Part shown: positions 30,003 to 40,764 of the stretch, piece after piece
Position numbering within the stretch: the first letter of the stretch is position 1
Layout of the letters: the number at the start of each line of letters is the position of its first letter
NCBI GenBank assembly: GCA_963803805.1
Contig: CAWDOD010000011.1
Location: 727,525-791,524, forward strand
DNA: 64,000 nt
Direction of reading: 5' to 3'
DNA from: an uncultured cyanobacterium
GTDB lineage: Bacteria > Cyanobacteriota > Cyanobacteriia > Cyanobacteriales > CAWCAG01
Notes under the pieces: model-generated
What the model saw: the letters and a program-made list of their open reading frames with translations, nothing else
What the model was told of the DNA's origin: nothing
Database searches by the model: none
Position numbers and translations under genes: made by a program

Positions 30003-30155
30003 TTTTTAGTTATAAGTTATCACAATAGTATTTAAAGGAATTAGCTTTTACCGCTATATTACGGGGATGGTATTATGGATAGAAAAAGTTGTGTCAGCAA
30101 CAATGACTACTAAAGGTGCAGATACTGAGAACTTAAACTACTTGAAAACCGCATC

Positions 30156-33100
30156 ATGCAAATTCTCTCTGGATATCAAACCCTTAAGCTCATTTATGAA
30201 AGCGCCAACTCCCTAGTGTACCGCGCCCTGAGAGAAGCAGACCAGCAACCAGTCATTCTCAAACTTCTCAAGGAAGATTATCCTACCCCTACAGAATTAA
30301 CTCGCTACAAACAAGAATATGAAATTACTCGCAACTTAGCTATAGATGGAGTAGTCAAGACCTATAGTTTAGAGCCTTATCAACGCAGTTTAGTAATGGT
30401 TTTAGAAGATTTTGGGGCAACTTCCCTCAAGGAATGGAGACAAGGGCAACCCTTACCCTTAAAAGAATTCCTACAACTAGGGATCAAGATAACTCAGACT
30501 CTTGGGGAAATTCATCAGCAAAATATTATTCACAAAGATATTAACCCTAGTAATATTGTCCTCAATCTGGAAACACAAGAGCTAAAAATTATTGATTTTG
30601 GTATTTCTACCCAATTAAAGCGGGAAAGTCCTACTCTACAAAATCCTCATATCCTTGAAGGTACTTTAGCTTATATATCCCCAGAACAAACAGGGAGGAT
30701 GAACCGTTCCTTAGACTATCGCAGCGACTTTTACTCCCTTGGTGCCACCTTCTACGAATTACTCACCGGACAATTGCCGTTTGAGACGAATGATGCACTG
30801 GAGTTGGTACACTGCCACATAGCAAAAATCCCCCCTTTTATGGAGATGGGTAGAGAGGGAATTCCCAAGGTGATTGTAGATATTGTCATGAAATTGCTGG
30901 CGAAGACGGCAGAGGAACGTTACCAAAGTGCTTGGGGAATTAAAGCCGATTTAGAAGAATGTTTCAATCAATTAGAAGCAAAAGGAGAAATTGCCGATTT
31001 TCCTTTGGGAACTCAAGATATTTCTGATAAATTTCAAATTCCGCAAAAACTCTATGGACGTGAGGTGGAAGTTGAAACTTTACTAGCCGCATTTGATCGA
31101 GTCGCAAACAATACCCAATCTCAAATCGAGATGATGTTAGTGGCAGGTTATTCCGGCATTGGTAAGTCATCCCTGGTTGCCGAAATTCACAAACCTATTA
31201 TCGGAAAACGCGGCTATTTTATCTCTGGCAAATTTGACCAGTTTCAGCGCAACATTCCCTACTTAGCTATTGCTAGAGCCTTTAAGGGATTAGTCAAGCA
31301 ACTGTTAAGTGAAGGCGAAGCAAAGCTAAGTCAATGGCGAGAAAAACTTTTAGATGCTGTTGGTAGCAATGGGAAGATAATTATCGATGTCATCCCAGAA
31401 GTAGAACTAATTATTGGTAAACAACCGACAGTACCAAAATTAGGGTTAAGTGAGACTCAAAATCGCTTTAACCTCGTTTTTGGTAACTTCATCCGAGCTT
31501 TTTGTACCAAAGAGCATCCTTTGGTTATCTTCCTTGATGACTTGCAGTGGGCAGACTCTGCCACACTCAAGTTGATTGAACTGATGATGAGTGATACCCA
31601 AATGCAATGCCTGTTTCTGATTGGGGCTTATCGGGATAATGAAGTTAACCCCACCCATCCTTTGATGATGACACTGCATAACCTAGAAGAAAAACAAGCT
31701 ACAGTTAACCAGATTACTTTAGCACCCTTAGTGAGCAAAGATGTTAACCAATTGATTGCTGATGCTGTCAATAGTGATATTGAAACAGCCAAACCTTTAG
31801 CCGAATTAGTACAAAGCAAAACTAGCGGCAATCCTTTTTTTGTTAATCAGTTTCTTAACACTTTGTATTCAGAAAATTTAATTAGTTTGAGTCTCACTAG
31901 GGATTGCCAATGGCAATGGGATCTTAGCCAAATTGAAGCCCAAGATATCACAGATAATGTGGTGGAGTTGATGATTGGCAAGGTTAAGAAGTTGCCTCCG
32001 GCAACTCAGCAGGTTTTACGTTTAGCCGCTTGTGTTGGTGCTGATTTTGACTTAACCACCCTTGCTATCATTAGTGAAAAATCTCAAACCGAAATTTACT
32101 CTCAACTCACTTCAGCACTGCATTCTGGGTTGATTCTACCAAAATCTGAGTTAGATCAAAACCTCTTAATTCAAGAGTATAAATTCCTTCACGATAGAGT
32201 GCAACAAGCCGCTTATACTTTAATTGATGAATCACAAAAACAAGCAATTCACTTAACAATTGGTCGCTTACTCTTGCACAATACTCCACCGGAGGAATTA
32301 GCAGAAGAGATATTTACCATTGTCGATCATCTCAATCTTGGTGTTGAACTTGTCAAGCAACAACAAGAAGGTAATAAAATTGCTCAGTTAAACTTAATGG
32401 CGGGCCAAAAAGCTACAGCAGCAACGGCTTATAGGGCAGCAGTTAACTATTTACACACAGGACTCAAACTGCTAAGTCCAGACTGCTGGCAGTTTCAATA
32501 TGACTTAACTTTAGCACTTCATCAGGAAGCCGCAGAAGCTGCATATCTCAACGGCGATTTTATGGCAATGGAAAAATTAGCAGAGGAGGTGTTTAACAAT
32601 GCTAAAACTGTGCTAGACAAAATAAAAGTTTATGATGTCAAAATTCAAGCCGTTGGCGCACAAGGCAACTTCAAAGAGGCAATTAAAATAGGGTTGCAAG
32701 CTTTGAAGCAGTTAGGAATAATATTACCAGAACAGCCGAGCCAATTGGATATTCAAAGAGGATTTGAGGAAACTGCTTCACTCTATTCTAGGCAAGAAAT
32801 TGAAGAGTTAATTAACCTGCCGGATATGACCGAACCAGAACCCCAGGCAGCTATTTATATTCTATCTAGTATAAGTGCTGCTGCCTATATAGCGGCCCCC
32901 CAACTCATGTTGTTGATTGTCTTGTCAATGGTTAATTTATCTATCCAATACGGTCATTCCACCTGGTCGGCATTTAGTTATGCCTGTTACGGATTAATTC
33001 TGTGTGGAGTTGTTCAAGAGATCGAGTTAGGTTATACATTCGGCAAATTGAGTTTAACTTTGGTGGCACAATTAAATACTAAAAGAAGTAAGGCTAGGGC

Positions 33101-35633
33101 ATTGGAGGTATTGGGCGCTCATGTAATGCACTGGAAAGAGCATTTTAGGGAAACACTAGCAATTTTGAGTGAGGGCTATCGAAGTGGAGTGGAAACAGGA
33201 GAATTTGAATTTGCTGGTTATTGTGCATTTTATGTCTGCGATCATTCCTATTTTATCGGTCACGAACTTACGGATCTAGAACAGAAGATGGGGCGCTACA
33301 GTAACGCCATCAGTCAAATTAGGCGAGAAAACCCTTTTTATTGGGTGGCAATGTTTCGCCAGGTTGTCCTTAACTTGCTGGGCCAGTCTAAAAATCCTAC
33401 TTGTTTAGTAGGTGAGGTCTACAATGAGGAGCAATGGTTACCACTTGCTATTCAAGCAAATGACAGATTAGGAATTCACTTACTTTACCTTAATAAACTT
33501 ATTTTAAGTTATCTATTTGGTGAAAAGGATCAAGCTGTACAAAATGCTGTTAGAGCAGAACATTATTTAGACGGTGTAACAGCAATGGTAGTTGTACCTC
33601 TATGGCATTTTTATGATTCTTTAGCACATTTATCCGTATTTGTTGAGGCTGCAAAGCAGGGAAAGCAAGCCATACTCAATCGAGTAAACACCAACCAAGA
33701 AAAAATGAGACAATGGGCGCATCATGCCCCGATGAATTTCTTGCATAAATTCTATCTAGTAGAGGCAGAGAAAGCACGAGTTTTAGGACAAGTCCTTGAA
33801 GCTGAAGAGTTTTATGAACAAGCCATTGCCGGAGCAAAAGAAAATGAATATATCCAAGAAGAAGCCTTAGCTTATGAATTAGCTGCTAAGTTTTATCTAG
33901 AGCGTGGTAGGGATAAGATTGCCCAAACTTATATGCAGGAAGCTCATTACACCTATACTTGCTGGGAAGCCAAAGCTAAAGTTGCAGATTTGCAAGCAAA
34001 ATATCCCCAATTACTTACTAAATCATCAACATCCAGAAGTATTACTACCACCTCCACAATAATTTCAAATTCCACAAGTGATTCTCAATCGGGAGAAACT
34101 TTGGATTTAGCCACAGTTATGAAAGCGTCCCAAACCATTGGTAAGGAGATTGAATTAGATAAATTACTCACTAACTTAATGACCATTCTCATCCAGAATG
34201 CAGGGGCGCAAACAGGCTTTCTTATTTTGCAAACCGCAGGAGAATTGGTAATTGAAGCATCAGGGACAGTGGATGATGAGGAAGTTAGCGTGTTGCAATC
34301 TCTCCCTATTGCTAATCGAGTTGCAACCTCAGTAATTAACTATGTTAGCAATGCCCAAGAAACAGTTGTAGAAACAGACGCAGCACAAAGTGGCAACTTT
34401 ACTACAGATCCTTACATCCAAGGCAACCAAACCAAATCTCTCCTCTGCGCCCCTTTGCTGAACCAGGGACAACTCAGTGGCATCGTTTACCTTGAAAATA
34501 ACCTGACCACTGGCGCTTTTACTACAGATAGATTAGAAGTTCTGCAATTGCTTTCTGGACAAGCTGCCATCGCCATCGACAATGCCCGACTCTACAATAA
34601 CTTAGAGCAAAAAGTTAGCGATCGCACCCAGGAATTAAAAAACACCCTCGACACTCTCCAAGCCACTCAAAATGAACTAATCCAATCAGAAAAACTGGCA
34701 GCATTAGGACAACTTATCGCCAACATCGCCCATGAAATCAACACTCCCCTAGGCGCAATTAAAGCCTCAATTAATAATATTGCCAATGCCCTTGATAATT
34801 CTAGCCAACTCTTACCCCAACTTCTCAGCCAACTTTCTCCCCCACAACAGGTTGATTTCTTCGCTTTAGTTGCTACAACTGCTCGAAAATCCCCCACCCT
34901 AAGTTTCCGAGAAGAAAGAAAACTCAGACGTAGCTATAGAAAAGAGTTAGAAGAGTACGAAATTGAAGATGCTGACTTTATTGCTAGTAAATTAGTGGAA
35001 ATGGGTTTTAATCAGGACATTGAACCTTTCATTCCTCTATTGCAAAACCCCCAGAGTGATTTAATTATTAATGCTGCTTACAATCTGGCTATACAACAAG
35101 CAGACTCAGAAAACATTCAACTAGCCGTAGAAAGGGCGGCAAAAATTGTTTTTGCCCTGAAAAATTATGCCCGTCAAGAACAAAGTGGAAAAAAAGTTAA
35201 GGCTTCAGTGACTGAAGGAATAGATGTTGTCTTAACTATCTATTACAATCAATTAAAACAAGGAGTTAGGGTCACAAAAAACTATCAAGATATTCCTGAA
35301 ATTCTCTGTTACCCCGAACAACTAAATCAGGTGTGGACAAATTTAATTCATAATGCCCTGCAAGCTATGGATAACCGAGGCAAATTAGAGATTAATGTTA
35401 CTCAGGAAGGGGAGAATATTGTTGTTAAAGTAACTGATTCTGGCTGTGGTATACCTGAAGATATTCAAAAGCAAATTTTCCAGCCTTTCTTTACTACCAA
35501 AGCAGCAGGAGAAGGGAGCGGTTTAGGTTTAGATATTGTTAGCAAAATTATTGCTAAACATCAAGGTAAAATTACTGTAGATTCTGTTCCTAGTAAAACC
35601 ACTTTTACCGTTTTCTTACCGATTATTAAATAA
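30156..35633 (+). CDS. Second trifunctional Ser/Thr kinase / AAA ATPase / GAF / histidine kinase
   Basis: HKDINPSNIV, DFG, GYSGIGKS, FLDDLQWAD, GAF domain, AHEINTPL, DSGCG, GSGLGL. Confidence 0.93.
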   Translation: MQILSGYQTLKLIYESANSLVYRALREADQQPVILKLLKEDYPTPTELTRYKQEYEITRNLAIDGVVKTYSLEPYQRSLVMVLEDFGATSLKEWRQGQPLPLKEFLQLGIKITQTLGEIHQQNIIHKDINPSNIVLNLETQELKIIDFGISTQLKRESPTLQNPHILEGTLAYISPEQTGRMNRSLDYRSDFYSLGATFYELLTGQLPFETNDALELVHCHIAKIPPFMEMGREGIPKVIVDIVMKLLAKTAEERYQSAWGIKADLEECFNQLEAKGEIADFPLGTQDISDKFQIPQKLYGREVEVETLLAAFDRVANNTQSQIEMMLVAGYSGIGKSSLVAEIHKPIIGKRGYFISGKFDQFQRNIPYLAIARAFKGLVKQLLSEGEAKLSQWREKLLDAVGSNGKIIIDVIPEVELIIGKQPTVPKLGLSETQNRFNLVFGNFIRAFCTKEHPLVIFLDDLQWADSATLKLIELMMSDTQMQCLFLIGAYRDNEVNPTHPLMMTLHNLEEKQATVNQITLAPLVSKDVNQLIADAVNSDIETAKPLAELVQSKTSGNPFFVNQFLNTLYSENLISLSLTRDCQWQWDLSQIEAQDITDNVVELMIGKVKKLPPATQQVLRLAACVGADFDLTTLAIISEKSQTEIYSQLTSALHSGLILPKSELDQNLLIQEYKFLHDRVQQAAYTLIDESQKQAIHLTIGRLLLHNTPPEELAEEIFTIVDHLNLGVELVKQQQEGNKIAQLNLMAGQKATAATAYRAAVNYLHTGLKLLSPDCWQFQYDLTLALHQEAAEAAYLNGDFMAMEKLAEEVFNNAKTVLDKIKVYDVKIQAVGAQGNFKEAIKIGLQALKQLGIILPEQPSQLDIQRGFEETASLYSRQEIEELINLPDMTEPEPQAAIYILSSISAAAYIAAPQLMLLIVLSMVNLSIQYGHSTWSAFSYACYGLILCGVVQEIELGYTFGKLSLTLVAQLNTKRSKARALEVLGAHVMHWKEHFRETLAILSEGYRSGVETGEFEFAGYCAFYVCDHSYFIGHELTDLEQKMGRYSNAISQIRRENPFYWVAMFRQVVLNLLGQSKNPTCLVGEVYNEEQWLPLAIQANDRLGIHLLYLNKLILSYLFGEKDQAVQNAVRAEHYLDGVTAMVVVPLWHFYDSLAHLSVFVEAAKQGKQAILNRVNTNQEKMRQWAHHAPMNFLHKFYLVEAEKARVLGQVLEAEEFYEQAIAGAKENEYIQEEALAYELAAKFYLERGRDKIAQTYMQEAHYTYTCWEAKAKVADLQAKYPQLLTKSSTSRSITTTSTIISNSTSDSQSGETLDLATVMKASQTIGKEIELDKLLTNLMTILIQNAGAQTGFLILQTAGELVIEASGTVDDEEVSVLQSLPIANRVATSVINYVSNAQETVVETDAAQSGNFTTDPYIQGNQTKSLLCAPLLNQGQLSGIVYLENNLTTGAFTTDRLEVLQLLSGQAAIAIDNARLYNNLEQKVSDRTQELKNTLDTLQATQNELIQSEKLAALGQLIANIAHEINTPLGAIKASINNIANALDNSSQLLPQLLSQLSPPQQVDFFALVATTARKSPTLSFREERKLRRSYRKELEEYEIEDADFIASKLVEMGFNQDIEPFIPLLQNPQSDLIINAAYNLAIQQADSENIQLAVERAAKIVFALKNYARQEQSGKKVKASVTEGIDVVLTIYYNQLKQGVRVTKNYQDIPEILCYPEQLNQVWTNLIHNALQAMDNRGKLEINVTQEGENIVVKVTDSGCGIPEDIQKQIFQPFFTTKAAGEGSGLGLDIVSKIIAKHQGKITVDSVPSKTTFTVFLPIIK

Positions 35634-35668
35634 AAAAAATAAAAAATAAATTTATGGACTAATAAACA

Positions 35669-36245
35669 ATGACCACAACATTAACCTCAAAGCAACAAAG
35701 GCTCTATACCTTAGAAGAGTATCGTAACCAAGAACAAATAGCAGAATTTAGGAGTGAATATCGTGATGGAGATATTGTAGCAATGAGAGGAGGTACAATT
35801 AACCATAACCGCATCAGACGCAACATTTGTACAATTTTACAATTAGCTCTAAGGGGCAAAGATGCCGAAGTCTTTATGAGTGATTTGCGCCTCTCGATTC
35901 CTCACTATCAACGAGGCATTTACCCAGAGGAAATGGTTATCCAAGGTGAACCCGCTTTTAATGAAGAGCGCCAAGATGAGATGCTTAATCTTAGCATCAT
36001 TTTTGAGGTACTTTCTCCCTTTAGCCAAAATTACGACCGAGAAAATAAATTTCGCTTTTATCGTTCTGTTCCCGAATTAAGAGAATATATCTTAGTAACT
36101 CAAGAAGAATATTTAGTTGAACACTACTCAAAAATGAGTCTGAACAATGGTTATTTCAAGACTATGAAGGAAAAAAACAAAGGTTTTTTGTATTTCTATA
36201 GAAGTAGAAATATCAATCGCCGATATATATAAAAATGTCTTTTAA
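35669..36245 (+). pseudogene. Uma2/DUF820 family endonuclease, decayed
   Basis: SEY.DG.I.AM.GGT..HNRI, FEVLSP, YRS.P.L.EYILV.Q; YPD motif changed to YPE; the native tail (EQWLFQDYEG; SIEVEISIADIYKNV) lies in two shifted frames after about 36140. Confidence 0.8.
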
Positions 36246-36275
36246 ATTTTACTATCTTGAGCCTGATTTTTATAA

Positions 36276-36677
36276 ATGACTAAAACAGCTATCCTTTGTA
36301 TCGATGACGAGCGTATCATTTTAAATAGTTTACGCAAACAACTTAGCCAACATTTTGGTAAAAAATACCTCTATGAATGCGCTGAGACTGTTAAGGAAGC
36401 TTGGGAAGTTATCGAAGAATTAGATGAAGATGATATTTCAGTTATAGTAGTTATTTCTGATTGGCTAATGCCTGAGGTGAAAGGAGATGAATTTCTCATT
36501 CAAGTTCATCAATACTTTCCTAAAGTGGTAACAATTATGCTCACTGGACAGGCAGATGAACAAGCTATTACCAGAGCGAAACAAGAAGCTAATTTACACA
36601 GTTGTCTTCGTAAACCCTGGGATGCAGCTACTCTAATTAAAGTAATTGAGTCAGGATTAGAGAAAGCTAATGGCTAA
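36276..36677 (+). CDS. Single-domain response regulator
   Basis: CIDDE, SDWLMP..GDEFL, MLTGQ, KPW. Confidence 0.92.
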   Translation: MTKTAILCIDDERIILNSLRKQLSQHFGKKYLYECAETVKEAWEVIEELDEDDISVIVVISDWLMPEVKGDEFLIQVHQYFPKVVTIMLTGQADEQAITRAKQEANLHSCLRKPWDAATLIKVIESGLEKANG

Positions 36678-38403
36678 GCCAGCAATTATTTGTGTTGATG
36701 ATGAACAGGTAGTGCTGATTAGTTTACGCAATCAGCTTAGTCAAGTATTGGGCAGAGATTATCAAATTGAATTGGCGGAAAGTGGAGAAGAAGCATTAGA
36801 AATTTTTGCTGAATTTAGAGAAGATAACATCGAAGTTGCTTTGATTATAACTGACCAAATTATGCCGGGGATCAAAGGAGATGAACTTTTACTTAATATT
36901 CATCAACAGTCTCCTAAAACTTTGAAAATTATGTTAACAGGCCAAGCTGATTTAGAAGCAGTGGGTAATGCCGTTAACTCAGCTAACCTTTATCGCTATT
37001 TAAGCAAACCTTGGCAACCTGAAGACTTGAATTTAACTGTTAAAGAAGCCCTTAAAAGTTACCTTAAAGATCAGCAACTAGCCCAACAAAAAATAAAGCT
37101 AAAACAAGCGAATAAAGAACTAGCTAAGTTCAACCGTAACCAAACTAAACTTATTGAACAACTGCAAGATAGTCAACGGAAATTGCAGGCTATTTTTGAC
37201 CAAACTTTTCAATTTACCGGAGTATTAAACCCTGAAGGTATTCTCCTTGAAGTTAACCAAACAGCAGTGGATTTTAGTGGTTTGTCTTCCTCAGAACTTT
37301 TAGGCAAACCATTTTGGCAATGCCATTGGTGGACAATTTCTCAAGCAACTCAAAATAAATTACAAGCAGCAATTTACCAAGCAGTTGCAGGTAAGTTTAT
37401 TCGCTATGAAGTTGATGTTTTGGGGGTAGGGGGAATTGTAATTACTATTGACTTTTCCGTCAAGCCAATCCTTAATAAAAAGGGTGATCTGGATTTTTTG
37501 ATTGTGGAAGGGCGAGATATTAGCGATCGCAAAAAGGCAGAAGCAGAAAGAGAAAAGTTCACTCAAGAACTATTACAACTAAACAAAACCTTTTCCTCCT
37601 TTGTACCTAGCCAGTTTCTCCAATTTTTGCAAAAAGACAGTATTTTAGAAGTGCAACCGGGGGAAGCAATACAAAAAGAGATGTCTATTTTATTTTCTGA
37701 TATTCGCGGCTTCACCAATCTCTCAGAAAAAATGACTCCTCGTGAGAACTTTCGTTTCATCAACTCCTATCTTTCTCGCATGAGTCCAGCTATTATTGAG
37801 AACCAAGGCTTCATTGATAAATATGTAGGTGATGGCATTATGGCATTGTTTGATGGGGAAGCTGACAATGCTGTTAAAGCTGGCATCTCTATGCTGCAAC
37901 GTCTCAAGTTATACAATCAACATCGTGGTAACTGCAATTATGTACCCATCAGAATTGGTATTGGCATCAATACAGGAGACTTGATGCTTGGCATAGTGGG
38001 GGAAGAAAGCCGTATGGATACAAGTGTCATTAGCGATGCAGTTAATTTAGCTTCTCGCTTGGAGGTGTTGACAAAAACCTATCGAGTTCCTTTGCTAATT
38101 TCTCACCATACCTTCTCCCAGTTGCAAACTCCTCATCAGTATGCAATTCGCTTTATTGATCAGGTAAAGGTTAAGGGAAAATTAGAAAAAGTTACTGTTT
38201 ATGAAGTTTTTGATAGCGACTCTCCAGAGATTAAAGAAGGTAAGTTATCCACTAAAACGTCTTTTGAAGAAGCCTGGTTACTTTACCACCAACAGGATTT
38301 TCAACCAGCCGCCAGGATTTTTGCCAATTGCTACAAAGAAAATCCTGGCGACACCGTTGCGAAGGTTTATCTGGAACGTTGTCAGCAAAAAATTCTTCCT
38401 TGA
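36670..38403 (+). CDS. Receiver-PAS-class III adenylate cyclase
   Basis: CVDDE/TDQIMP receiver; PAS domain (GKPFW..WW); FSDIRGFT, DKYVGDG, GINTG, SDAVNLASRLE. Confidence 0.92.
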   Translation: MAKPAIICVDDEQVVLISLRNQLSQVLGRDYQIELAESGEEALEIFAEFREDNIEVALIITDQIMPGIKGDELLLNIHQQSPKTLKIMLTGQADLEAVGNAVNSANLYRYLSKPWQPEDLNLTVKEALKSYLKDQQLAQQKIKLKQANKELAKFNRNQTKLIEQLQDSQRKLQAIFDQTFQFTGVLNPEGILLEVNQTAVDFSGLSSSELLGKPFWQCHWWTISQATQNKLQAAIYQAVAGKFIRYEVDVLGVGGIVITIDFSVKPILNKKGDLDFLIVEGRDISDRKKAEAEREKFTQELLQLNKTFSSFVPSQFLQFLQKDSILEVQPGEAIQKEMSILFSDIRGFTNLSEKMTPRENFRFINSYLSRMSPAIIENQGFIDKYVGDGIMALFDGEADNAVKAGISMLQRLKLYNQHRGNCNYVPIRIGIGINTGDLMLGIVGEESRMDTSVISDAVNLASRLEVLTKTYRVPLLISHHTFSQLQTPHQYAIRFIDQVKVKGKLEKVTVYEVFDSDSPEIKEGKLSTKTSFEEAWLLYHQQDFQPAARIFANCYKENPGDTVAKVYLERCQQKILP

Positions 38404-38456
38404 CATATTCAATAAGTTGAGTATATTATTACCTTAATGCACAACTAGTTGCATAA
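38400..38456 (+). promoter_or_regulatory. Putative sigma70 promoter of the efflux operon with two palindromic PadR-type operators
   Basis: TTGACA (38400) followed 16-18 nt later by TATATT/TATTAT; ATATTCAA-TAAG-TTGAGTAT (38405-38424) and CAACTAGTTG (38442-38451) share a CAA-N4-TTG core. Confidence 0.6.
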
Positions 38457-38501
38457 AAACAAATTGTGTATCAAGTTAGCATCTTTATCTGCTATGAAAC
38501 C

Positions 38502-39047
38502 ATGGATCAGCAGTCTACGCCAGAATTTCTTGAACAAGAACAATCTCTCTCACCAGTAAGACAGAAAAACCCCCTGCAACTAAAAAAATGGCAAATAGTT
38601 TCTGCTAGTTTGCTGCTTTTACTAGCTGGTATAGGCATTGGTAAATTTGAGCCAAACAACCTTCCCACCAAAACACCAAGCCAAGTTAAACCACTTCCTG
38701 TTGAGACAACGAAGGTTGAGTTAGCCAAAACTTACCAAACTGAACAAAGCTATACAGGGGAAGTGGTTGCAATGCTAGACAGTGAAGTTGGTTTTGAACG
38801 TAGTGGTAAATTAGTAACAATTTTGGTAGAGGAAGGGGATCGCCTCACCAAAGGGGCAGTTATCGGGAAATTGGATACAACTAATTTAGCAGCACAGCGT
38901 CAATCTTTGGTTGCCCAAAAAGCCCAAGCAGAAGCTAAATTAACAGAACTAAAAAACGGCGCGAGAACAGAACAAGTTACCGCAGCAGAGGCAAAAGTTA
39001 GGGAGATAGAAACCCAATTAGAATTAGAAAAACTTAAGCGCGATCGC
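38502..39047 (+). pseudogene. RND efflux periplasmic adaptor (MFP), 3'-truncated at a HIP1 site
   Basis: TM anchor, YTGEV, GFERSG.L..I.VEEGD....G..I..LD lipoyl half, start of the alpha-hairpin; homology stops at GCGATCGC 39040-39047. Confidence 0.85.
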
Positions 39048-40572
39048 CAAACCTGTTTTATCAATCTTCCTAGCTTTGCTATTACCGATTCTCGGTTTTA
39101 TTCAAGCTGGTAGCCTTGAACAACAATTCTTCCCAGCAGCAGATCGAGATCAACTGCAAATTGAACTAGAGTTATCTTCCTCCGCCTCTTTAGGGCAAAC
39201 TCAAACTTTAATTAAACAAATTCGCCAACAAATCATCAATTATCCAGAAGTAACAGATATTCACTGGTTTTTAGGTAGAAGTGTTCCCCGTTTTTACTAT
39301 AATTTGGTTGGTGCAAGAGAACAACAAGCTAACTATGCCCAAGCCTTGGTACAATTAAATGCTCTCACCTCTACTTCCTTAGCCCAAAAGCTGCAAACTG
39401 AACTAGATAAAGCCTTTCCTGCTGCCAGAATCATCGTTAAACAACTAGAACAAGGGCCTCCTTTTGCTGCACCAATTGAAATGCGCATTTATGGCTCAAA
39501 CCTAGAAGTATTGCAATCATTAGGAGAATCTGCTAGGCAACTTTTAGTGCAAATTGCTGAAGTCACCCATACCCGTGCTAGTTTAGCAGAAATTCAACCC
39601 CAACTACGATTGCAACTAGATGAAGAGCAAGCCCGGTTAGCAGGATTAGATCGCAATGCCATTGCCCAACAGTTGGATACCATCTTAGAAGGTGTAGTCG
39701 GTGGTTCAGTTTTAGAAGCAACGGAGGAATTACCTATCAGAGTTCGTTTAGGGAATCAAGATCGAGGTGATTTAGCACAAATCTCTTCCTTAGACTTACT
39801 CGCAACCTCTCCCAGTCTCAATAGCAAACCTAACAATCCCCTCAATGCTGTCCCTTTGTCCTCCTTAAGCAAAGTCACACTGCAACCAGAACTTGCCCAA
39901 ATCACCCACTACAACGGACAAAGGGTTAACACTGTTCAAGCTTTCTTACAGGCAGGAGTCTTACCCCCAGAGATTTTAAGTCAATTCCAAACCAAACTAG
40001 ACAACAACAAATTTGCTTTACCCCCTGGCTATACCTTTGAATTTGGGGGAGAAGAACAAGAAAGGAACAGTGCTGTAGGGGGGTTGGTTTCTACTGTGGG
40101 AGTCATCATTATCATCATGGTAGCGGTTTTAGTGCTTTCCCTTGGTTCCTTCCAACTAGCAGGGGTAATTGGTATAGTTGCCATCGCCTCTTTTGGGTTA
40201 GGCATCTTCTCCATCTGGCTATTTGGCTATCCCTTTGGCTTCAACCCCATTATCGGTACAGTAGGTTTAGTTGGTGTGGCAGTAAATGATTCCATTGTGG
40301 TTCTCGATACCCTCTCAAATCACCCTGAAGCAAAGACTGGCAACCCGAAGGCCATACAACAGGTGGTATTACATTCGACGCGCCATGTCCTCACCACCAC
40401 CCTAACAACTGCCATTGGCTTTGTTCCCCTACTCCTATCCGGTGGAGAATTTTGGCCGCCTTTAGCTGTTGCGATCGCCGGTGGAGTAATCGGTGCAACT
40501 CTGCTTGCCCTCTACTTTGTTCCCGCCGCCTATTATTTATTACAATTGCTAATTGCTAATCGCACTTTTTAG
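39040..40572 (+). pseudogene. AcrB-type RND permease, C-terminal half only
   Basis: Frame opens at the HIP1 site (AIAKPVLSIFLALLLP); FFP.ADR, QGPP..APIE.R, GVAVNDSIV, R.V.TTTLTT.GF.PL; N-terminal half absent. Confidence 0.85.
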
Positions 40573-40764
40573 ATTTTAAGTTTATTCCTCCCGTAACTGT
40601 GATATTTGTATTTACTTAGCAAGCTATGATTAGGCTATGCCCAGGGATTAATGATGTGATGTACAACTTTTTTGAAACCCCTGTAATTAACCAATCATTT
40701 TGGGATGATATATATAAATCAAGCTCCGAGATATTGTTCTATACAGAAGCAATGAAACATAATA

